Source: Minisyncoccota bacterium (GTDB lineage: Bacteria > Patescibacteriota > Minisyncoccia > Minisyncoccales > GWA2-38-27). Taken from it: a stretch of DNA of 64,000 bases. The stretch covers positions 39,876 through 103,875 of the forward strand of contig JAQTZP010000001.1 of assembly GCA_028687715.1 (NCBI GenBank). Reading direction: 5' to 3'. Within the stretch, counting starts at the first letter, position 1. Each line of letters opens with the position of its first letter. Below, piece by piece: positions 55,869 through 63,182 of the stretch. The position numbers were made by a program, and so were the translations under genes. Under the pieces are notes generated by a model that did no database searches, was not told the origin of the DNA, and saw only the letters and a list, made by a program, of their open reading frames with translations.

Positions 55869-56318
55869 AATCATTTTAATCCTCGGCTCACCGTCTCCAA
55901 AATAATTTTCCTTTGGTTTTCCGACTTGTTTAAATCCAAAAAATTTATATATATGCATCGCTGCTGCATTGTCTGGATGTGTAAGCAGTTCAACTATTTT
56001 TACTTCTTTCAAATCTTCGAGTAAAATTTTTATGGCTTCTTTTCCAATTCCTTGGCCCTTATATTTTGAATTAACACAGAGCCCACTAATATATGCTGTA
56101 TTTTTATTTTTCATCTCATATGAAATATCACCCACGATTTCACCGTCCATAATAATGGCATAAACCATTGCATTTCCTTTTGCCAGCTCATCCAGCCATT
56201 CTTTTTCAGTCAGCATTGCTGAATATGTTTTTGAAGACGCAGTTTTTTCAATTTCAATCAATGTTGGAATGTCTTCCTCCTCAATTTTTCGTAAACTGAT
56301 TTTTAATTTATTTTTCAT
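55857..56318 (-). CDS. GNAT family N-acetyltransferase
   Basis: CVNSKYKGQGIGKEAIKILLE (acetyl-CoA loop Q/RxxGxG/A). The last 4 codons lie inside repeat A. Confidence 0.8.
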   Translation of the reverse strand: MKNKLKISLRKIEEEDIPTLIEIEKTASSKTYSAMLTEKEWLDELAKGNAMVYAIIMDGEIVGDISYEMKNKNTAYISGLCVNSKYKGQGIGKEAIKILLEDLKEVKIVELLTHPDNAAAMHIYKFFGFKQVGKPKENYFGDGEPRIKMIFKK

Positions 56319-56322
56319 AGGA

Positions 56323-56715
56323 TTACCTATTCAGTAAGAAATTTTTAATCTCTGGAGATATGTCTTGAATTTTCTGGTATTTAATTATTAAGTCGGCAAT
56401 CCCCCTTGTTGTGTCCTTAATTTGTGTTTCGTGTTTCATAATAACAATAACTTTTTTACCAAAAGCGTAAGCAATCCCGGCCTCATATGCCCTACCAGTC
56501 GGCTTGTCTGTCATATCGATCAAAAGAGCATCAGATTTTTTAATTTCGTCTTTTGTTTTTTGCATTAAATCTTTTGGATTATCAAAAACTTTTTGATAAT
56601 TTTCTACATCTCGTATAAAACAAAAGTCTTCAAAACCTGCGGTTTTTACTAAAGAACAAAGACTCTCTATATTTTGTTTGCTATCACCAAAAGATGCGGT
56701 AATAAAAATTCTCAT
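56323..56715 (-). CDS. Nucleoside 2-deoxyribosyltransferase-like small Rossmannoid protein
   Basis: MRIFITASF...ALLIDMTDKPTGRAYEAGIAYAFGKKVIVIMKH. Confidence 0.5.
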   Translation of the reverse strand: MRIFITASFGDSKQNIESLCSLVKTAGFEDFCFIRDVENYQKVFDNPKDLMQKTKDEIKKSDALLIDMTDKPTGRAYEAGIAYAFGKKVIVIMKHETQIKDTTRGIADLIIKYQKIQDISPEIKNFLLNR

Positions 56716-56716
56716 T

Positions 56717-57265
56717 TTATTTTTTTGAAATTAAACTCAAAAGTAAGGGAAACTTTTTGTATGGCTGATTAAACATATTAGAACCCATATGGCCTTCGTG
56801 TTTTATAATTTGCGTGCCACCAAGATTGTCAAAAAATAACCTACCTTGTTTATCGTTGTATTGCCATGGGTCATCATCTGAATTTATGTAATAGAATTCT
56901 TCTGCTTTGTCTTTTATTTTTGCCCAATCAAAATCATCAACGCTGTTTTCACTGTCTGCATTTTTCCGTAATGCTTTAGCATAACCAGATACCAAAATCG
57001 CCTGTTTGATTTTTACATCCAGTTTTTCTAAAACACTTGGAATTATTTGAGCGCCGGCCGAATGCCCAATAATAACTGTTTCAGAAGTAAACTCCCAATT
57101 TTCCAAAATAAAAGGCAACCAATCTTTGCGATTTGGTTTGTCGCTTGCAGGAAGTTGCGGAAGCCAGACTTTATATCCTATTTTTTCTAATTCCTCTTTA
57201 AGCCAAGGAAACCAAAAATCGGTTGGTTTGTCTTTTGTTCCGTGTAATATAATTGCGTTTTTCAT
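56717..57265 (-). CDS. Alpha/beta serine hydrolase (YdeN/RBBP9-like)
   Basis: AIILHGT..., nucleophile elbow IIGHSAGA, C-terminal HEGHMG. Confidence 0.65.
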   Translation of the reverse strand: MKNAIILHGTKDKPTDFWFPWLKEELEKIGYKVWLPQLPASDKPNRKDWLPFILENWEFTSETVIIGHSAGAQIIPSVLEKLDVKIKQAILVSGYAKALRKNADSENSVDDFDWAKIKDKAEEFYYINSDDDPWQYNDKQGRLFFDNLGGTQIIKHEGHMGSNMFNQPYKKFPLLLSLISKK

Positions 57266-57344
57266 AATTATTTTATCCTACCAAAAAATTGTGCTAATTA
57301 AAAGTTAAAGCCCCGTCGATTGCTCGTACGGGGCTCTTGCGATG

Positions 57345-57995
57345 TCAGCTGCAGCGCAGGCACTTCTTGCGATTGTGCCGGGACAGAATCCTTACCGTAC
57401 TAGACGGAGTTGGAATCTGCGATTCGATTTCGTAGACACAATTGAAGACGATGCCACAGCTTTTGCACTTTCCGACTTGCTCACTACTATCAGGTACAGG
57501 ACCCTGAACAGACTTGTTCCACCCTGGAGCGTGGGTTTCGCAAAGTCCGCCACCGGGCGTGGGTGTGTCGCAGAGTGCACACGTGCACTGGCAACTCTCC
57601 AAGTGTTCGTAACAGACGTAACAAATACACTTGCAGAAAGCAGTATCACGGTTGCACTTGTAGCACCAGGCAGGATCGTCGTAATCGTCATCATCATAGC
57701 CGTCGTCCGGCTCGATGATAGAACGGTTTTCTTCGATTGCCCGGAATTCCTCCTGCATCCACTTCCACTCTTGGTCGGTGATTTGGCCAGAGATCAGGTG
57801 AGCTGAGTTAAAGTCACCTGCCTCGGGACAATTACCACCAGTCACCTTTTTCAAGGCGCAGTCGTAGCACAACGGCTCGTCCTGCTTACGCCCAAGAGCG
57901 TACCCCCAATATGTGATTTCGTCGGAATCATTCCTCTCAAAGAACTTGTTGCAAATTTTACACTTCTGGCTTGAAACTTTCTTCTGCTTCGACAT
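57345..57995 (-). CDS. G+C-rich Cys-rich protein (216 aa) with several CxxC pairs and an acidic DDGYDDDDYDD patch
   Basis: KCKICNKFF...CYDC, WCYKCNRDTAFCKCICYVCYEHLESCQCTCALCD, KCKSCG, KKCLRCS. Own promoter (TTGACA-17-TAATAT at 58178-58150, minus strand). Terminator AGCCCCGT...ACGGGGCT (57310-57336). Confidence 0.6.
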   Translation of the reverse strand: MSKQKKVSSQKCKICNKFFERNDSDEITYWGYALGRKQDEPLCYDCALKKVTGGNCPEAGDFNSAHLISGQITDQEWKWMQEEFRAIEENRSIIEPDDGYDDDDYDDPAWCYKCNRDTAFCKCICYVCYEHLESCQCTCALCDTPTPGGGLCETHAPGWNKSVQGPVPDSSEQVGKCKSCGIVFNCVYEIESQIPTPSSTVRILSRHNRKKCLRCS

Positions 57996-58230
57996 TTCTC
58001 AATCTCCTTTTACCGGGTTTGTAAACAAACTGACGATAATTGGAGATATACCCGCTTGCTCCTTTCGGAGGGGTGAAGGGCTGAACCAATCTCTCTTGAT
58101 CCTGATTCCCAACAGACCAAGAGAATATATCTAAATTTGCTCCGTAATTATATTATCATATTATTAAATATATGTCAATAGTGTGTGGTCTAAACAGTGT
58201 GGGTGGCCACAACAACACAATAAAAAAATA

Positions 58231-58406
58231 TTTAAAAAATAAATTTTTCCCGCATAGAAAGCGAGGGCGGGGGCGGGAATTCATTTTCCCCACACCCCTT
58301 TTTCTTCCCGCCCCGCCCGAGCGACTTTTGGGTTTTCTGTCCCGCCCCGCACAAGCGGGGCGGGACAATTGTTTTTCTCAAGAATTTTTGATAAAATGAG
58401 TTCGAG
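58231..58406 (+). repeat. Junction element copy B (archetype orientation: hairpin 2, hairpin 1 plus T-tract, TTGTTT-17-TAAAAT, ATGAGTTCGAG)
   Basis: Identical to the reverse complement of 55693-55868. Lies in the divergent region between the Cys-rich gene and the kinase-like gene. Confidence 0.9.
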
Positions 58407-58514
58407 CAGAATTGTATATATGCTCCAGTATATTTACAACCACGCTTTAAATAAGACGTTGTTGTCTTATTTAAAGATCGTTCTTTCACAACAAAAATAA
58501 GGAGGACTCTGAAA

Positions 58515-59144
58515 ATGATCGTGCAAAAGTCTCTGTTCGTTACTTTTGAGGGCCCCAACGGCATCGGGAAGACTACCGTTATCAAAGATGTCGCGCAAAA
58601 ACTGAGCGTTTTGGGATGCAGTCTTCTGTGTACTAAAGAACCCACCGGTTCGTCGCTTGGTGACTTCTTGAGAAAAGCAGAGGAGTTATACGGGAGAGAA
58701 GTTCTCGCCTGTATTGCGGCGGCGGATCGATATTTTCACATAGAAAAAGAAATCGCACCAGCGTTAGCGACAGGTAGAATCGTTCTTTCCGACCGATACG
58801 TCGAATCGTCACTGGTACTTCAACGTCTTGACGGGTGTTCGCTCGAATTTATCTGGAGCATTAACTCGCAAATTCTTGTTCCTGATTTAAGCATCATTTT
58901 CTTCGCTGATCCTGTGATCATCGGACAACGACTCGTAACTAAGAGAACAAAGTTGAGTCGTTTTGAGCGCGATGAAACGAGAAAGCAAGAAATGTTCTTC
59001 TACCACGAAGCGGCAGAGTTCATCGCTCAAAAAGGATTTCATGTCCTTTTGTTGGAGAACGAAAAACAATCAGTGGGTGATACTTCTGAATACATTGTGG
59101 TTGAAGTCCAAAGGCTACTCAAAAAAAAGGAGGAAGCATCATGA
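58515..59144 (+). CDS. Thymidylate-kinase-family P-loop protein (dTMP-kinase-like)
   Basis: LFVTFEGPNGIGKTT (P-loop), TKEPTGSSLG, SDRYVESSLVLQ (DRY/DRH-like). AAGGAGG RBS. Confidence 0.65.
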   Translation: MIVQKSLFVTFEGPNGIGKTTVIKDVAQKLSVLGCSLLCTKEPTGSSLGDFLRKAEELYGREVLACIAAADRYFHIEKEIAPALATGRIVLSDRYVESSLVLQRLDGCSLEFIWSINSQILVPDLSIIFFADPVIIGQRLVTKRTKLSRFERDETRKQEMFFYHEAAEFIAQKGFHVLLLENEKQSVGDTSEYIVVEVQRLLKKKEEAS

Positions 59145-60211
59145 AAAAACCGATCATTTCCGTTAACCAAATGATGTCCTGTTATTTCCGTACTTCAGTT
59201 CAATCACCTTACCGGAAAGCGCTCGTGCAGATTACCGAATGGTGCAATCTGCATTGTTCGCATTGCTTTGTCTCGGCCGGACAATACGGTGACACCATGT
59301 CGCTGGAAAGTGTCCGTGATATTCTTGTGCCTCGTCTCAAAGAATGTCGCGTGCTGAACGTAACGCTTACTGGCGGCGAGCCATTCGCGCACCCTAACGT
59401 CATCGAGATTGTATCGCTTTGCAAAGATGCTGGCATGAAAGTTGGCATCTGTACGAACGCAACTTGCATTAGCGAAGATCAGATGAAAGCGCTCGCAGCG
59501 TTGGGAGCACATTGCAACGTCAGTTTGGACGGTTTCTCTCCGGAGAGTCATGGCAGGTTTCGCGGCGATAAAGCGTCGTTTGCAACCACCATTTCAACCA
59601 TTGAGATGGTGGCCAGATACGGTTTGTTGCAAGGGTTTTTGGTGACTCCTAACAATCTCGCCGAGGTCGAGGAGTATGCAAAGATTTGCGAGTTCGCTAC
59701 GGTAAACGGTGCAACGTATGTGTTGATGAATCCGCTTTCGTCCATGGGAAGAGGCGTAAAGACGGCGGGAAAGCTCGGAGTTTCCAACGAGGTAATGCGT
59801 CAGATTGCCAACGTAACTTCACAGTTCGCGGACAAAGTCGAGATAGTACCTATCCGATTTCCGAACGAAAAGAAGTTGCCGCTTACGGGATGCGAAGCGG
59901 GCAATATTATCTACGTTTTTACCCTCGGCGAACTCACGGTATGTCCCTATCTAGTGTTTTCAGCACGGACGCCGCAGAGTCAACACAAGGCAGAAGAATT
60001 TATCGTTGGCAATATCTTTCGCGATGCCAATATTGCCGTTCGCCTTGATGAATACAAACTCCTTGAGCGGTATCGTCTCGGTGGTAATCCGACATGCGGA
60101 GGATGTCGTCTTAACGCCGAGTGCGGCAAAGGATGTCCCGCAGCGATCATTTCCTCTGGCAAGCGAATAGAGGAAATGGACGCAGAGGTGTGTCCGGTCT
60201 TCATTCGGTAA
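59141..60211 (+). CDS. Radical SAM enzyme with C-terminal SPASM/twitch-type auxiliary-cluster domain
   Basis: CNLHCSHCF (CxxxCxxC), LTGGEPFAHP. C-terminal GCEAG...CPY...CGGCRLNAECGKGCPA...C. ATGA overlap with the kinase-like gene. Confidence 0.8.
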   Translation: MKKPIISVNQMMSCYFRTSVQSPYRKALVQITEWCNLHCSHCFVSAGQYGDTMSLESVRDILVPRLKECRVLNVTLTGGEPFAHPNVIEIVSLCKDAGMKVGICTNATCISEDQMKALAALGAHCNVSLDGFSPESHGRFRGDKASFATTISTIEMVARYGLLQGFLVTPNNLAEVEEYAKICEFATVNGATYVLMNPLSSMGRGVKTAGKLGVSNEVMRQIANVTSQFADKVEIVPIRFPNEKKLPLTGCEAGNIIYVFTLGELTVCPYLVFSARTPQSQHKAEEFIVGNIFRDANIAVRLDEYKLLERYRLGGNPTCGGCRLNAECGKGCPAAIISSGKRIEEMDAEVCPVFIR

Positions 60212-60217
60212 ACATAA

Positions 60218-60256
60218 CCCGCAGTGGAATTTTAACATTCTACTGCGGGATTTTTT
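60218..60256 (+). terminator. Intrinsic terminator after the radical SAM gene
   Basis: CCCGCAGT-loop-ACTGCGGG followed by ATTTTTT. Confidence 0.75.
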
Positions 60257-60277
60257 ATGGTAAAATAAAAAAATAAT

Positions 60278-61021
60278 ATGAATAATCTATCAATTTTTAT
60301 CTGGAATATAGCAAATCCGTCGTTTGAGCGTGCCGTTAAACAGGCAGAATGGATTCGCAGGAGAAAAGAAGACATTTTTGTCTTAACCGAGATAAAAGTA
60401 AGTAGCGGATGTTTGTTTCTTAAAAAATATTTCCAAGCATATGGGTATTACGTACTCTTCCCCGATATTGAAGATAGGGAATACGGAGTAATGATTTTGA
60501 GTAAGATTCCCCTGTCAGGGGGGACTCTTCAATATATGGATTTTATCCCATCGCGAGCTATGTATGGGAAGTTTTCATTTTTTGATAAAGATATAGAGAT
60601 TGGAGGTATTTATGTTCCTTCCCGCGATGCAAGCGAGAAGAAAATCAAAAAGAAGAAACTTTTTCTACAAACTCTTTTAGATGCTCTCCAAAAATCGAAC
60701 TTAGACAATCCGCGTATCGTTTGCGGAGATTTTAATATACTTGAACCTAATCATAATCCGCATTATCCTTTCTTCAAAGATTGGGAATATGATTTTTACA
60801 GTCAATTATCGAAACATCAATTAAGTGACGCGTGGCGTTTTTTGTATCCATCCAAACAAGAATATAGTTGGATTGGAAAAACGGGTGATGGATATCGATA
60901 TGATTATTGTTTTGTTTCAAATGTTTTATTGCCGTCGATAAAAAATTCGTTTTACCTCCATGAGCCAAGACTTCAAAAATTAAGCGACCATTCCGCGCTT
61001 ATTACTGAATTACATTTATGA
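60278..61021 (+). CDS. Endonuclease/exonuclease/phosphatase (EEP, ExoIII-like) family protein
   Basis: IFIWNIAN...DIFVLTEIK...CGDFNI...SDHSALITEL. Confidence 0.7.
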   Translation: MNNLSIFIWNIANPSFERAVKQAEWIRRRKEDIFVLTEIKVSSGCLFLKKYFQAYGYYVLFPDIEDREYGVMILSKIPLSGGTLQYMDFIPSRAMYGKFSFFDKDIEIGGIYVPSRDASEKKIKKKKLFLQTLLDALQKSNLDNPRIVCGDFNILEPNHNPHYPFFKDWEYDFYSQLSKHQLSDAWRFLYPSKQEYSWIGKTGDGYRYDYCFVSNVLLPSIKNSFYLHEPRLQKLSDHSALITELHL

Positions 61022-61617
61022 TTGAAGTAGAAAAAAAGTTTATATTGAACGAGCAAGATAAAAAGCGATTAACAAAGAACGCTCAATTTCTCAATGAGCG
61101 CATTTTTACTGATATTTATTACGATACAGAAATTTTTTCTCTAACATCAAAAGATAAATGGTTTCGTTCTCGTGAGGGCAGATTTGAGCTGAAACTCCCT
61201 CTACACGACGGAGTCGACAGATTAGCTGACCAATACGATGAGTTAGAAGATGAGCAGAAAATAAGAGAAGCTCTAAATCTGCCCTCTAACGGAAATCTTG
61301 CTGATGATTTGATAAAAGCCGGATATTCACCATTTTGCACTTGTAAAACTAATCGAAGAAAGTATAAGAAAGAGCCATTTATTATTAACCTTGATATTAT
61401 TGATTTTCAAGATTTTACCTACAACATCGGAGAAATTGAGTTGATGATTAGCAATAAATCTGAAATTGAAGATGCGAGTAAAAAGATAATGTATTTTGCA
61501 AAGACACAGAATCTTGTAGTCACACCAGTGCGGGGGAAAATTATTGAATATTTAAAACGTGCAAAACCAAATCACTATCAGACTCTTGTGAAGAGAGGGG
61601 TTGTTGAGGATTTTTAA
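61018..61617 (+). CDS. CYTH-domain (triphosphate tunnel metalloenzyme) protein
   Basis: MIEVEKKFIL (ExExK signature) and later RFELKLP, IGEIELM beta-strand acidic/basic pattern. ATGA overlap with the EEP gene. Confidence 0.7.
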   Translation: MIEVEKKFILNEQDKKRLTKNAQFLNERIFTDIYYDTEIFSLTSKDKWFRSREGRFELKLPLHDGVDRLADQYDELEDEQKIREALNLPSNGNLADDLIKAGYSPFCTCKTNRRKYKKEPFIINLDIIDFQDFTYNIGEIELMISNKSEIEDASKKIMYFAKTQNLVVTPVRGKIIEYLKRAKPNHYQTLVKRGVVEDF

Positions 61618-61620
61618 CCC

Positions 61621-61740
61621 TCTTTTTGCCCGCGAACCGACAGGTTTTCCTGCCCGCCCCCGCCGTTCGGCGGGACGGGACGTTGTTTTTTATAGGAATT
61701 CTTAATAAAATGAGTTCGAGCGTAGTTGTGAATATACTCC
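61621..61740 (+). repeat. Junction element copy C (diverged: single imperfect GC hairpin plus T-tract, TTGTTT-17-TAAAAT, ATGAGTTCGAGC)
   Basis: GCCCGCCCCCGCC-GTTC-GGCGGGACGGGAC followed by GTTGTTTTTT, then cttaataaaatgagttcgagcgtagttgtgaatatactcc. Aligns with copy B. Confidence 0.7.
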
Positions 61741-61824
61741 ATAATCAAACTTAACTCTTTTTCAGATACTTTTTGATGGACTTCCATTTTTAAACCCATA
61801 TTTTATTATTAAATAAAAATAATA

Positions 61825-63018
61825 ATGTTTAAGAAATCAATAATCTTAATTATTCTTTTTATTATTCTCTTAGGATTAATTTTAGTCTACATAGATAAAT
61901 CTGAGTTAGGCTATGTAGGAAAAGATAACCTGAATAACGAATTAACAGATGAAGAGCTTAAAGAGAAAATAGGGCAGATGATAATGACGGGTTTTAGGGG
62001 TACTGAAATTTTAGAGGGTTCTGATGCGTATAATATGATTAAAGATGTTAAAGTCGGAGGCGTAGTGCTTTTTGACTACGATGTTTTCTCAAATAGTTTC
62101 CCTAGGAATATCGTAGATTATGACCAGACTAAAAAACTTATCTCTGATATTCAAAGCTATTCTTCAATTCCTCTGTTTGTAGCTGTTGACGCAGAAGGCG
62201 GCAAGGTAAACCGCTTAAAAGAAGAATATGGATTTACAGCTGTTCTTTCAGCAGAAGAAATGGGCCGGGATAAAACATTAAAAACTACAGATAAAGAATC
62301 TTTAAAATTAGCTCTGGAGCTGAAAGAATTAGGGTTTAATATGAATCTTGCCCCAGTTGTTGATTTGAATATCAACCCTTCTAATCCGATTATTGGAGCC
62401 TTGGGCCGTTCTTTTTCTCAAGATAAAGAAGAAACTGCAAAACAGGCAGAAGTATTTATAGAAAACCATCTTAAAAATGGCATCGTATGCGTCGCAAAGC
62501 ATTTCCCGGGCCAGGGGAGCGCGGAAGAGGATACTCATTTGGGCTTAGCGGATATAACAGAGAGCTATAAAGAGGAGGAGTTTTTTCCTTATTATTATCT
62601 TAATGAAAAGGGATTGTTAAAGGCAGTTATGGCAGCTCATACAATAAATAGAAATATTGATAATGATTACCCCGCAGCCTTATCTTCTGTTTTCTTGGAA
62701 GATATTTTAAGGAATCAAATCGGGTTTGGTGGAGTTATTATCTCAGACGATATGCAAATGTCAGCAATAACCAATAACTATAATTTAGATGAGGCGGTGA
62801 TTAAAGCTGTAAATGCGGGAATAGACATAATTCTTATCTCTAACAATACTTCATACGGCTATGATAAAGACATAGCGCATAAAGTTAGAGATATAATCTT
62901 TAATGCTGTAAGAGACAACAGAATTAAAGAAGATAGAGTTATAGAGTCGTATAACCGCATTTTAGATTTAAAAAGAGAGTTTAGAATAATCCTATTCAAA
63001 ACTAGTTATTTTTGTTAG
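61825..63018 (+). CDS. nagZ: Glycoside hydrolase family 3 beta-N-acetylhexosaminidase (NagZ-like) with N-terminal anchor
   Basis: VAVDAEGGKVNRL, NLAPVVDL, KHFPGQGS..DTH, ISDDMQM. Confidence 0.75.
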   Translation: MFKKSIILIILFIILLGLILVYIDKSELGYVGKDNLNNELTDEELKEKIGQMIMTGFRGTEILEGSDAYNMIKDVKVGGVVLFDYDVFSNSFPRNIVDYDQTKKLISDIQSYSSIPLFVAVDAEGGKVNRLKEEYGFTAVLSAEEMGRDKTLKTTDKESLKLALELKELGFNMNLAPVVDLNINPSNPIIGALGRSFSQDKEETAKQAEVFIENHLKNGIVCVAKHFPGQGSAEEDTHLGLADITESYKEEEFFPYYYLNEKGLLKAVMAAHTINRNIDNDYPAALSSVFLEDILRNQIGFGGVIISDDMQMSAITNNYNLDEAVIKAVNAGIDIILISNNTSYGYDKDIAHKVRDIIFNAVRDNRIKEDRVIESYNRILDLKREFRIILFKTSYFC

Positions 63019-63034
63019 AATAATAAAATATCCC

Positions 63035-63106
63035 GCCAACGTAGCTCAGCGGCAGAGCAGGGCTTTCGTAAAGCTCAGGTCGTCGGTTCAAGTCCGACCG
63101 TTGGCT
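63035..63106 (+). tRNA. tRNA-Thr (anticodon CGT)
   Basis: Acceptor GCCAACG/CGTTGGC; anticodon stem GGGCT/AGCTC with loop TTCGTAA; T arm GTCGGTTCAAGTCCGAC. Confidence 0.85.
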
Positions 63107-63182
63107 CTTTTTGACTAATTAATCTATCCGTGTTAATTTAAATTCAGTTCCTTTTAGGTTTCTCTTCTTGGAGGGCTGTTAA

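Noticed and set aside
55731-56024. ORF-track proteins beginning MSRPACAGRDRKPKSRSGGAGRKRGVGKMNSRPRPRF, present twice (55731..56024 + and 58156..58368 -), plus 55493..55867, 58172..58399 and 58232..58645
   Set aside because: They are read-throughs of the GC-rich junction repeat (copies A and B). The identity comes from the DNA repeat. There is no RBS, the composition is Arg/Gly/Pro-rich as expected from translating GC hairpins, and they overlap tRNA-Gly, the GNAT gene or the kinase-like gene.
57342-57806. Plus-strand 154-aa ORF and minus-strand 101-aa ORF (57392..57697) inside the Cys-rich gene; also several ORFs antisense or out of frame within the radical SAM gene (59204..59551, 59209..59469, 59548..59787, 59686..60048, 59960..60238, 59980..60204)
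   Set aside because: These are shadow ORFs in a G+C-rich region. The annotated frames carry clear motifs (CxxC arrays; CxxxCxxC plus SPASM) and proper RBS and terminators.
59141-60211. Possibility that the radical SAM protein is a prokaryotic viperin (pVip), given the adjacent nucleotide-kinase-like gene
   Set aside because: As I recall them, viperins lack a C-terminal multi-Cys auxiliary-cluster domain. This protein has a clear SPASM-type Cys array and no viperin-like C-terminal motif that I recognise. The analogy is kept only as a functional hypothesis, not an annotation.
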